Below, in pieces: positions 19,602-30,177 of a DNA stretch of 64,000 nucleotides (position 1 is the first letter of the stretch; each line of letters opens with the position of its first letter). The notes beneath the pieces are model-generated. The model saw only the letters and a program-made list of their open reading frames with translations. It searched no databases and had not been told where the DNA came from. The DNA is from an uncultured bacterium. GTDB taxonomy: Bacteria; Chlamydiota; Chlamydiia; Chlamydiales; SM23-39. The translations under genes and the position numbers were made by a program. The stretch spans positions 2,641 to 66,640 of the forward strand of contig CAZVXF010000006.1 in the NCBI GenBank assembly GCA_964630875.1, read 5' to 3'.

Positions 19602-20267
19602 TTATTTCACTAGATCTTTTGCGAATTTAACCCATTGGTCTATTGCTTTATGGAAAGTAGGGATTTGATACCAGCTTACGATACCAATGCCCATCATACC
19701 TAAGGTCGCTGCTTTTTTAGGCTGCTCATAGCAAAAATCTTTGATTGTCTGTAGTGTAGCAATGCCTAGATTTGCTGTTTTAACGACGATGGATTTTGCG
19801 CCTTCTAAAACATCAGAAACAACTTCTGCAGTTTCTTGAGAAACTAAACTGGAAAGTGTCGCTGCCCCCGTAATTGTTGCTGCACAGAGATAGGGCTCTG
19901 TTTGAATGATTTCCACACACTTGAGAACCAGTGTCGGAGCTTTTTCGACAAAATATGTTGGTAGAGGTTTATCAGAAAAAGTTTTGAATGCAATTCCTGC
20001 AGCAGCGCCAATGAGAAGGCTTCTCGTTATGGAAGGGAGTCTAAACACATATTTTAAGCCTGTCTTTTGAACAATATTTTCTTTAATGCCAACAGGGATT
20101 CTAGCTTGATCTGCGGGAGTCAGTCCATTGAGAATGAAATTTGCTAAAAAAGCCGCTTTTCTTTTTTCGATTGTAAGTATGTGCTGTGGACCATTGTCTG
20201 GATCAAATGTTGTTGTAATTACAACATCACTTGGGTCTAGATTAAGTGTAATTGTATCTATAGACAT
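19602..20267 (-). CDS. hypothetical protein (two short hydrophobic segments)
   Basis: 221-aa ORF with no known motif. Confidence 0.5.
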   Translation of the reverse strand: MSIDTITLNLDPSDVVITTTFDPDNGPQHILTIEKRKAAFLANFILNGLTPADQARIPVGIKENIVQKTGLKYVFRLPSITRSLLIGAAAGIAFKTFSDKPLPTYFVEKAPTLVLKCVEIIQTEPYLCAATITGAATLSSLVSQETAEVVSDVLEGAKSIVVKTANLGIATLQTIKDFCYEQPKKAATLGMMGIGIVSWYQIPTFHKAIDQWVKFAKDLVK

Positions 20268-20322
20268 AATAATTCTCCTTTTTTCAGGATAATTATCGGT
20301 CTATTTTAAATAATTAACAAGC

Positions 20323-20356
20323 AAAAAAAAAGGCTCAAGGAATATCCTTGAGCCTT
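20323..20356 (-). terminator. rho-independent terminator of groESL
   Basis: The stem is AAGGCTCAAGG-aatat-CCTTGAGCCTT. On the minus strand it is followed by a T9 run, about 27 nt after the groEL stop. Confidence 0.75.
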
Positions 20357-20382
20357 TGTAAAAAAATTCTTTGAAAAAGAGC

Positions 20383-22337
<1,955 letters not shown>

Positions 22338-22411
22338 AAGTTATCATCTCCAATTAATTACTTGTTCTGAGAAAGGACTATACCGTATGGAATCAATATT
22401 TGCAAGCAAAA

Positions 22412-22438
22412 TTAGCAAACAGGCTGTCGAATTGCTAA
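22412..22438 (-). promoter_or_regulatory. CIRCE-like inverted repeat (putative HrcA operator) upstream of groES
   Basis: TTAGCAAAC-aggctgtcg-AATTGCTAA has 9-9-9 geometry. Each arm matches 7/9 of the consensus TTAGCACTC-N9-GAGTGCTAA. It lies 75-101 nt upstream of the groES start. Confidence 0.6.
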
Positions 22439-22509
22439 TCTTTTGTTTTTCACTCTTTGCTGATTCGAATAACCAATTGATAAACAATATCTTAAATGAG
22501 GAAACTGGG

Positions 22510-24309
22510 ATGGCTAAATCACGAGAACAAATTCCTGAAAATGACCGCTGGAACGTTGGTGCTCTCTATCCAGATGTAGAGATTTGGTTAAAAGATTTTT
22601 TATTGGTCCAAGAAAGTGAGAAAGCGCCTCATTGGGCAACCTTGCAGTCCTATAGAGGTCGATTAAAAGATCCAGTTGTTGCATCTGCTTTTTTTGATGT
22701 GTATTTGGATCTCGATAGAAAATTGTCGAAACTGTCTACATATGCTCATCTCCGTATGGATGAAGATGTGGGAAATGACCAAAACAAAAGCAACTATGGA
22801 AAGATCTCAACGCTTCAGCATGCATTTCAGCTTGAGAGCTCTTGGATTGTCCCAGAAATCTTGAGTTTATCGGATTCCGATTACGCGCACCTACTCAAAC
22901 ATCCGCTCATGAAAAATTTCCAATTTTTCTTGGAAAATATTGGTCGTATGCGTGCACATACTTTAGCTCCAGAACAAGAAGAGCTCTTGGCTATGAGTGG
23001 AAAGGCGTTGGAAACTGCTCACTCGGCTTTTGGTGCACTCAATAACGCGGATCTCCATTTTTCACCCGCGATTGATTCGCAAGGGAAAGAGCATCCTCTT
23101 TCGCATGGATCTTATTTGAGCTATTTGCGAAGTCCAGATCGGAATTTGAGAAAAACTGCCTTTATCAACTTACATAAAAGCTATGATCAGTTTGCAAATA
23201 CAATCTGTGAATTAATTCAGGGACAAGTACAAAGTCATCTCTTTGCCGCAAAATCGCGTAAATTTTCCAGTTGCCTTGAAGCCGCTTTGTATCCACATGC
23301 AGTGGATACAAAAGTGTATACAAATCTGATTGCGACTGTGAGAAAGAATCTTCCTAAAATGCATGAGTACATTGCTTTTCGCAAAAAGAAGATGAAGCTC
23401 GATACCATTCATGTTTACGATCTTTACGCGCCGATCGCAGAAGAGGTAAAAATGGAAATGAGCTATCCAGAGGCGTGTCAGGTGATTGCTGAATCTGTGA
23501 GCATTCTTGGAAAAGAGTATCAAAATGTACTGAAAAGCGGCCTAACAACAGATCGCTGGGTCGATGTATTTGAAAATGTGCGTAAACGCAGTGGCGCTTA
23601 TTCAAGCGGCTGTTATGACAGTATGCCATATATTTTAATGAATTATCACGGGACTTTTGGAGATGTTACAACTCTTGCTCATGAAGCAGGGCATAGTATG
23701 CATAGTTACTTAAGTCGTGCAAATCAGCCGTATATCTATTCGCGTTATCCGATTTTTGTAGCTGAAGTGGCATCCACATTTAACGAACAGCTTTTACTGA
23801 AATTAATGAAAGAAAGAGCGAAAAGTAAAAGCGAGCGTGCCTATCTCATTAATGATGAAATTGAACGCATTCGAGGAACTATTTTTAGACAAACAATGTT
23901 TGCTGAGTTTGAGCTACAACTTCACAAATGGGCAGAGGAAGGAGTGACTTTGACGCCTGAGCTTTTAAAGAAAGCCTATATACAACTCAATCGCGATTAT
24001 TATGGTCCCGATCTTACTTTAGATCCAGAGCTTGAAATCGAATGGGCTCGCATTCCGCATTTCTATTACAATTTCTACGTGTACCAATATGCGACTGGCC
24101 TGAGCGCTGCAATGGCATTGAATCAGTTGGTTTTATCTTCAAGCGATGCAAAAGATCGGTATCTTGCGTTTCTTTCTTCAGGAGGGAGTCAATTTCCTCT
24201 TGATCTATTGGAAAAAGCGGGTGTGAACATGCGCTCTTCCGAGCCTATTGATGCTGCCATGGCTAAATTTCAGTCTCTTGTAGAGGAGTTTAAAAGTATA
24301 ACTAAATAA
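22510..24309 (+). CDS. pepF: oligoendopeptidase F (M3B family)
   Basis: It contains the HEAGHSMH zinc motif. Start chosen at MAKSREQIPENDRWNV (ATG 22510). The longer ORF from 22309 overlaps groES and the CIRCE element. Confidence 0.9.
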   Translation: MAKSREQIPENDRWNVGALYPDVEIWLKDFLLVQESEKAPHWATLQSYRGRLKDPVVASAFFDVYLDLDRKLSKLSTYAHLRMDEDVGNDQNKSNYGKISTLQHAFQLESSWIVPEILSLSDSDYAHLLKHPLMKNFQFFLENIGRMRAHTLAPEQEELLAMSGKALETAHSAFGALNNADLHFSPAIDSQGKEHPLSHGSYLSYLRSPDRNLRKTAFINLHKSYDQFANTICELIQGQVQSHLFAAKSRKFSSCLEAALYPHAVDTKVYTNLIATVRKNLPKMHEYIAFRKKKMKLDTIHVYDLYAPIAEEVKMEMSYPEACQVIAESVSILGKEYQNVLKSGLTTDRWVDVFENVRKRSGAYSSGCYDSMPYILMNYHGTFGDVTTLAHEAGHSMHSYLSRANQPYIYSRYPIFVAEVASTFNEQLLLKLMKERAKSKSERAYLINDEIERIRGTIFRQTMFAEFELQLHKWAEEGVTLTPELLKKAYIQLNRDYYGPDLTLDPELEIEWARIPHFYYNFYVYQYATGLSAAMALNQLVLSSSDAKDRYLAFLSSGGSQFPLDLLEKAGVNMRSSEPIDAAMAKFQSLVEEFKSITK

Positions 24310-24397
24310 TAATTATTTGATTTCGCTGATCTTGTTTTAATATAATTAATTTATTATAATTCTGCTAAATTAATTGTATTGTAAAACAGGGGTCAAA

Positions 24398-25324
24398 ATG
24401 AGCTTGGATTCATTGAGTGCGGGTATGGGTTGTGACAGCAGCCTTGTCAGGCTGAGTCAGCCTCTTGCTTTGTGCGAATCGGACATGATTTCTGGATTTC
24501 CATTTCAAATTGATGGAAATCCTGCTCATGGGAGAGGTCCTACAATTCCGATTTCGATCGGAGATATTCAGCACATTGGACAATTGAGCGAAACGAATTT
24601 TGGTGAAATGTGCAAAACGATCAATGAAATCACCCTCACAGCCACATATCCAAATGGGTTTAGTCGCGCAAATCACAATGGTACCCATTCAGCAAGGCAA
24701 GCGCGCATGTTGGAAATTTTACTCGAGATGATGGGTGATCGAGCCTATCCTCTTTCTGACGATGAAAAAATGCATCTTAAACTAGCGACTTATCTATTGA
24801 GATCTGGTCGTATTGATGAGTCTTCTCATCATTTGCCAAATCCAGATGACTACAATACACGTTCAGCAATGATTTATGAAGCTTATGCAAATCAATGCAT
24901 TGTAGATAAAAAAATTGTCGAGGATTTCGCTTTTTTAATTGCAAATTCATGCAAACCAAAAGGGATACGAGATGAGGAAATCGATCAGAATCCAAAATAT
25001 CTATTTTTATGGAATTGCTTATGTATTGTCCATGAACTTGATTTGATTCGATGTTATTCACAATCTAAAATTGATGGAAGCATTAAAATTAAGGTGCAGG
25101 ATCATTTAGCAGATTTAGGAATAGAGGCGTCGGCTGCTATGATGGAGAAGCTTTTTGATGTTTCTAAAAAACTATGTTCTGCTACTGGATGTAGTCGATA
25201 TTATGATGAAGATCCAGGGGATGATGAGAGGTTTTCTTTCTATAGCCAGCACGGCGATGCTTGTTGGGAGAGGTTGCAGAGTGTAGGAATCTATAGAGAC
25301 TCTTTCGATCTGAAAATGCTCTAA
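24398..25324 (+). CDS. hypothetical protein (His-rich motif NHNGTHSARQA); candidate secreted effector
   Basis: aggggtcaaaATG is the RBS/start. The protein is 308 aa. The upstream region is very AT-rich. No domain is assigned with confidence. Confidence 0.5.
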   Translation: MSLDSLSAGMGCDSSLVRLSQPLALCESDMISGFPFQIDGNPAHGRGPTIPISIGDIQHIGQLSETNFGEMCKTINEITLTATYPNGFSRANHNGTHSARQARMLEILLEMMGDRAYPLSDDEKMHLKLATYLLRSGRIDESSHHLPNPDDYNTRSAMIYEAYANQCIVDKKIVEDFAFLIANSCKPKGIRDEEIDQNPKYLFLWNCLCIVHELDLIRCYSQSKIDGSIKIKVQDHLADLGIEASAAMMEKLFDVSKKLCSATGCSRYYDEDPGDDERFSFYSQHGDACWERLQSVGIYRDSFDLKML

Positions 25325-25627
25325 AAAATCGAAAAATTTTCAGATCAGAACAGCCCCTAAAGTTCAGTCTGTTTTCATTATATAACGCTTTTGATTAGAC
25401 CCTCGAATTTCAAAAGATTTGCAAAAAAATTCTCATTCAAATAACCTCGGTTTTGGGTTCGTTTCCCTCGAAGTTCGTGGAGATTTTTGATGAAATTTGA
25501 CCTGATTGATGCGAAAATGATATCCGAAGGTTATTTCTTTGAGCGTCAATAGAGTACAAATTTCGCAAAAAGATCTATGAAATTTGAGCGGAATGAACCC
25601 AAAATTGAGGTTAATAGTTTAAATCGA

Positions 25628-25900
25628 ATGAAACAGAAAGCTACTTTTGTTGTTCTCAATGATAAAGGATTACATACAAGACCTTCCACTGAGCTTGTAA
25701 AATGTGCCGGCAGTTTTGAGGCGGAAATTTTTCTTACCTATCGCAATTATGAAGTCAATGCGAAGTCGATTTTAGGCATTCTGATGCTGGCAGCTGAAAA
25801 AGGGGCGAAAATTGCAGTGGAAGCAGAAGGGGAAGATGCGGAAGCTGCTGTGAATGCTATCTTAAAATTGGCTCAACATAAATTTAATATCAAATATTGA
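25628..25900 (+). CDS. ptsH: phosphocarrier protein HPr
   Basis: It contains the active-site His (GLHTRPS) and the regulatory Ser (NAKSILGILML). Confidence 0.85.
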   Translation: MKQKATFVVLNDKGLHTRPSTELVKCAGSFEAEIFLTYRNYEVNAKSILGILMLAAEKGAKIAVEAEGEDAEAAVNAILKLAQHKFNIKY

Positions 25901-26567
25901 ACGTAGTGCCATCATTTCTTCCAATGATTGCTCTTTTCGCAATCTTGAAGAAAAAACCTGTATCTACAACGCCCGGTATTTCTAAAATGATTTGATTCAC
26001 TTCTTCAGGATTTTTCAGAAGAGTCGGAAAGTGAATATCGAGAATATAATTGCCATTATCAGATACGTATTGTTCTTGATTTAAGCTGGTTGGATCTGCA
26101 ATCCTCCATGTGCTTGAATATCCTAAGTGTTCAATTTTTTTTCGTGCAAAGAGATGGCCGTAGGGGAGAATCTCAACGGGAAGTTTTGCTTTGCCAAGTT
26201 GTGTGACGACTTTACTAACATCCGCAATCACAACCATTTCACTACTTGAAAGAGCGAGAATTTTTTCTCGAACAAGCGCACCACCCCCGCCTTTAATCAG
26301 ACGTTTTTGAGGATCGATCTCATCTGTCCCATCGACGGTCATATCAATGTGGTCTACTTCATTGATATCTAACACATGAAGACCGCCAGCTTTTGCTATT
26401 TCGTGAGAACGCTTAGAACTCGCCACTGTTTTAATACGGAGTCGTTTTTCGATGAGAGCTTGAATAAAGTATGCCGTAGTAGACCCCGTTCCAAGACCCA
26501 CAACCATTCCATCTTCAATCAGATTTGCAGCCTGTACTCCCGCTGCTTTTTTACCTGTTTCGTTCAT
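25890..26567 (-). CDS. rpiA: ribose-5-phosphate isomerase A
   Basis: It contains VGLGTGSTTAYFIQAL ... VDGTDEID ... KGGGGALVREK. Confidence 0.9.
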   Translation of the reverse strand: MNETGKKAAGVQAANLIEDGMVVGLGTGSTTAYFIQALIEKRLRIKTVASSKRSHEIAKAGGLHVLDINEVDHIDMTVDGTDEIDPQKRLIKGGGGALVREKILALSSSEMVVIADVSKVVTQLGKAKLPVEILPYGHLFARKKIEHLGYSSTWRIADPTSLNQEQYVSDNGNYILDIHFPTLLKNPEEVNQIILEIPGVVDTGFFFKIAKRAIIGRNDGTTFNI

Positions 26568-26728
26568 TTCTTAAGAATAGAAAATATCCATTATAATTTC
26601 TACCTTCAAACCTCAATTCCCTCTTTAGCAAATTTCAAGCTGGCCGAAAGCAGAAAAATGATGATTTATTTTGTTAGTGAAAAAAGGGGGGATAATCTCT
26701 ATAATCGTATTTTTCTTAAGGATTTTGT

Positions 26729-27961
26729 ATGAAAAACATCATTACGGTTCTCCAAGAACGTGGTTTTATTGACCAAATGACAAGCGAAGAGTTGCTAAAA
26801 CACGTTTTGCAGCCAATAAAAGTCTATGTAGGGTTTGACCCAACAGCGGATAGTCTACATTTGGGAAATTTGGTTGGCATTATGGGGCTGGCATGGTTTC
26901 AGAGATTTGGACATACTGCAGTACCACTGTTGGGCGGTGCAACCGGCTTGATTGGTGATCCTTCGGGAAAGAGCTTGGAAAGACCACTTTTAGATGAGAA
27001 AACGTTGGCATACAATGTGCGCAAATTAGAATCTTTTTTTCAGAAAATTGTGCCCGATTGTAAGGTAGTGAATAATGACCAGTGGATCGGACAATTTTCT
27101 TTGATCGATTTTCTGCGAGACGTGGGTAAGCACTTTCGGATTGGTCCAATGCTGGCAAAAGAAAGTGTGAGAGCGCGTGTGCAATCAGAAGAAGGGATGA
27201 GCTTCACCGAATTTAGCTATCAGACACTGCAAGGATACGACTTTTACTATCTCAATAAGCATCATGGAGTTACGCTTCAAATGGGCGGCAGCGATCAGTG
27301 GGGAAATATCACCGCTGGGATTGATTTGAATCGCAAGCTTGGGGGCACTCCGATTTATGGAATCACTTTCCCTTTATTGACGCGAAGCGACGGAAAGAAA
27401 TTCGGGAAATCTGAAGATGGAGCGATTTGGCTATCTGAGGAGAAATTATCCCCATATCAGCTGTATCAATATCTTTTTAGAGTCCCCGATGCCGATGTGA
27501 TTCGCTTATTAAAAATGCTCACATTCTTAGACCTTGAAGAGATCGCAGAAATTGAACAACAAATGCATGTTCCAAATTCCGCACAAAAAAGACTGGCTGT
27601 TGAAGTCGTTCGATTTGTCCATGGAGAAGAAGGTGTTCAATCGGCATTAAAAGAAACGAGCAGTATGGCTCCGGGATCAGAAACAGATCTGCGTGCAGAT
27701 ACGTTAAAAAACTTACCTCATACAGCATTAGGGCGAGAGGAAGTCGTTGGACAAAAGTTTCTAGATATTGTTACGCGTTTAGGCATGACACCGAGTAAAT
27801 CAGAAGCGACAAGGTTGATCAAAAATGGGGGCGCTTATATGAATAATGAGCGCGTGAATGATGTGGCTTTAGTCATTGATGAAAAAGATTTGATTGAAAA
27901 TACATATCTTCTCTTAAGCACGGGCAAAAAAAATAAAAAGCTGATTAAAATTGCTCGCTAA
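26729..27961 (+). CDS. tyrS: tyrosine--tRNA ligase
   Basis: It has the HIGH-type motif (DSLHLGNLVG), the KMSKS-type motif (KFGKSE) and a C-terminal S4-like domain. Confidence 0.95.
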   Translation: MKNIITVLQERGFIDQMTSEELLKHVLQPIKVYVGFDPTADSLHLGNLVGIMGLAWFQRFGHTAVPLLGGATGLIGDPSGKSLERPLLDEKTLAYNVRKLESFFQKIVPDCKVVNNDQWIGQFSLIDFLRDVGKHFRIGPMLAKESVRARVQSEEGMSFTEFSYQTLQGYDFYYLNKHHGVTLQMGGSDQWGNITAGIDLNRKLGGTPIYGITFPLLTRSDGKKFGKSEDGAIWLSEEKLSPYQLYQYLFRVPDADVIRLLKMLTFLDLEEIAEIEQQMHVPNSAQKRLAVEVVRFVHGEEGVQSALKETSSMAPGSETDLRADTLKNLPHTALGREEVVGQKFLDIVTRLGMTPSKSEATRLIKNGGAYMNNERVNDVALVIDEKDLIENTYLLLSTGKKNKKLIKIAR

Positions 27962-28889
27962 AAATCAATACGGTTGTCCTTATCTTCAACTGGCTCCCAT
28001 GGAAGGTGTGGGAGATCGCTCATTTCGACGTGCAATGGCTTTCATTGGCGGCTTTGATGAGGCCGTCCGAGATTTTATTCGCGTACCCACCAACGGTCAT
28101 GTAAAAAGCTTAGCCAAAGTATATCAAGCAAATGAACTTTTCCCAATTCCTCTCGCTGCGCAAATCATGGGATCAGATCCTCTTTTGATGGCAGAAATGG
28201 CACAAGAGCTTATGCGCGCAGGCGCTCCGAGAATTGATATCAATTGCGGCTGCCCTTCAAATACAGTGACCGGTCGAGGTGCCGGATCAAGCCTTCTTCG
28301 AGATCCAGAAAGTTTACATGTGATTGCCAAAGCGGTCGTTAGCTCGGTCAATATTCCAGTCACATTGAAAATGCGTTCTGGCTTTGATGACATCACGCTT
28401 TTTGAGGAAAATTTATTGGCGGCAGAAAGTAGCGGCGTTCGTTATATTACGCTTCATCCAAGAACAAAAGCAGATGGTTATGGGCCGCCTGCTCGTTGGG
28501 ATTTGATTGCAAGAGCCAAAAAACTCTTAAAAATTCCACTCATCGGCAATGGAGATATTTTAACTGTTGAAGATGCCTTAAATATCTTGCAACAAACTAA
28601 CTGCGACGCTCTCATGATTGGCAGGGGAAGTATCCGTAATCCCTTTGTTTTTCGACAAATCAAGGCTCATTTTGCAAAAGAAGAATACACGCCTAAAAAA
28701 GAAGACCTCTTGCAGTTTTTGCAGGTTTTTTTATCGGAGATGCAAGAAACGCCAATGAAAACAAAAGTCAATAAACTGAAGCAATTGCTTGGCTTTATCC
28801 TGAAAGAAAGCCCCCATCGACAAAAAATTTTAAGCTCAAGTCATCAAAATCCTGAGACTTTACTTCATGAGTCGCAAGAAATTCTGTAA
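27951..28889 (+). CDS. dus: tRNA-dihydrouridine synthase
   Basis: It contains LAPMEGVGDRSFR ... IDINCGCP ... VTLKMRSG ... ITLHPRT ... GNGDI. The start codon is TTG. Confidence 0.85.
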   Translation: MLAKNQYGCPYLQLAPMEGVGDRSFRRAMAFIGGFDEAVRDFIRVPTNGHVKSLAKVYQANELFPIPLAAQIMGSDPLLMAEMAQELMRAGAPRIDINCGCPSNTVTGRGAGSSLLRDPESLHVIAKAVVSSVNIPVTLKMRSGFDDITLFEENLLAAESSGVRYITLHPRTKADGYGPPARWDLIARAKKLLKIPLIGNGDILTVEDALNILQQTNCDALMIGRGSIRNPFVFRQIKAHFAKEEYTPKKEDLLQFLQVFLSEMQETPMKTKVNKLKQLLGFILKESPHRQKILSSSHQNPETLLHESQEIL

Positions 28890-28900
28890 TTCCCTCTTTA

Positions 28901-28950
28901 TATTCCCAAACAAGCTCAAAAATCGGTTTTTGAGTTTGTTTGGGTATACA
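28901..28950. repeat. 48-nt imperfect palindrome, copy 2 (see 7049-7096)
   Basis: The sequence is tattcccaaacaagctcaaaaatcggtttttgagtttgtttgggtataca. It lies between the dus stop and the RecT module. Confidence 0.8.
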
Positions 28951-28986
28951 ATGATCAAAAATTTTTTTAATACAAATAAAAAAAAA

Positions 28987-29016
28987 TTGACTTAAATGCA
29001 TAAAGAAATTTATAAA
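28987..29016 (+). promoter_or_regulatory. candidate sigma70/66-type promoter of the RecT module
   Basis: TTGACT (28987-28992), then 18 nt, then TATAAA (29011-29016). If it is used, the first gene starts at ATG 29077, which is preceded by GGAGaaaagat. Confidence 0.3.
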
Positions 29017-30177
29017 ATTTGCGGAAAAACAAGAAACTATCGATTAGCGAATGATGAACTACTTTGGAGAAAAGATATGCGAATCTATCAAGTACTAGGC
29101 CGTTTTCACAGCTTTAGTAAAAATATTACATCTATACGGGACCCTCTTTGTTTGAAGACTTCCGCACTTGTAGGTCCGATTCTGTTTTCGAGCTCTAGAG
29201 GCGTTTTTACAGCTTTGCAAAAAGAGCAGTCAGGGTTTGTAGATCGGATCACTGGATTTGAGGAAAATCCAGAGAAACGAAAGTCAATGACTGACCAGCT
29301 GAAAACTTTAGGGTTTATGTGGAGTGGCGATAGTAAATCTTGGGTCCCTCGCAAAGAAGTTCAGATGAGTACAGTTGAAGCTATTTTAAAAGGTTCAAGC
29401 GAATCGGTGGCTCCTGCACGAGAAGCCATCTCGACTGCTGCGAGTTATCCAAAGAGAATTGATGGTCTTTTAACAAAATGGTCAGATTCAATCGGTAAAG
29501 TCCTTCCAAGACAAATCAGAAAAGATAAATTCATGGAATCTCTTAGAATTGCTTTGATCAATGCAGAAAGGGCTGGCAATGTTTCTTCAGACGAAGCTTT
29601 AAGAACAGCTTGTATGAGATGTGCTGAGATTGGTCTTGTTCCAGGTCCATTACAAGAATGTTATTTTTCAACTCGAGACAATCAAATCGAGTTTCTCTTA
29701 GGATATAAGGGGATTATCGCCTTAGCAAGAAGAACTTCTCCACACATCCAAATTGAGACCCAAGTGGTTCGGAAAGGAGATGATTTTTCCTTTAGTCTTG
29801 GAACCAAGCCGAAGGTTTCTCTCAATCAATCGATCGATGCAAATCCAGAAGAGATCGAATATGCATACGTGCTCATCCGATTCCCTGAAGGAGTAGAAAA
29901 ACTTGTCGTGATTGATAAGGCGCATGTTGAAAAGAGAAAAGCGTGTTCGAAAGGCGTACATGCTACGAGCTCTCCTTGGAATAAATTCCAAAGAGAGATG
30001 TGGCTAAAGACTGCGTTAAGAGAGGCTTTTAGGTTTGTAAACCTTTCAACCGAAACAAATATCTCGCAAGACTTTGACCATGCAAAGCAATCGATTCGAG
30101 AATTTATCCATTACCTTCAAGATGAAGTTGAGGATTTTGAGAAAAAAGAAATAGGAAAAACGGAAACTTCTATATGA
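28996..30177 (+). CDS. RecT-family single-strand annealing protein with N-terminal extension (paralog 1; alternative start 29077)
   Basis: The C-terminal ~220 aa read ...CAEIGLVPGPLQECYFSTRDNQIEFLLGYKGIIALARRTSPHIQIETQVVRKGDDFSF...YAYVLIRFPEG...SSPWNKFQREMWLKTALREAFRFV, which is the RecT pattern. The N-terminus carries KTLGFMWSGDSKSWVP. Confidence 0.7.
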   Translation: MHKEIYKICGKTRNYRLANDELLWRKDMRIYQVLGRFHSFSKNITSIRDPLCLKTSALVGPILFSSSRGVFTALQKEQSGFVDRITGFEENPEKRKSMTDQLKTLGFMWSGDSKSWVPRKEVQMSTVEAILKGSSESVAPAREAISTAASYPKRIDGLLTKWSDSIGKVLPRQIRKDKFMESLRIALINAERAGNVSSDEALRTACMRCAEIGLVPGPLQECYFSTRDNQIEFLLGYKGIIALARRTSPHIQIETQVVRKGDDFSFSLGTKPKVSLNQSIDANPEEIEYAYVLIRFPEGVEKLVVIDKAHVEKRKACSKGVHATSSPWNKFQREMWLKTALREAFRFVNLSTETNISQDFDHAKQSIREFIHYLQDEVEDFEKKEIGKTETSI

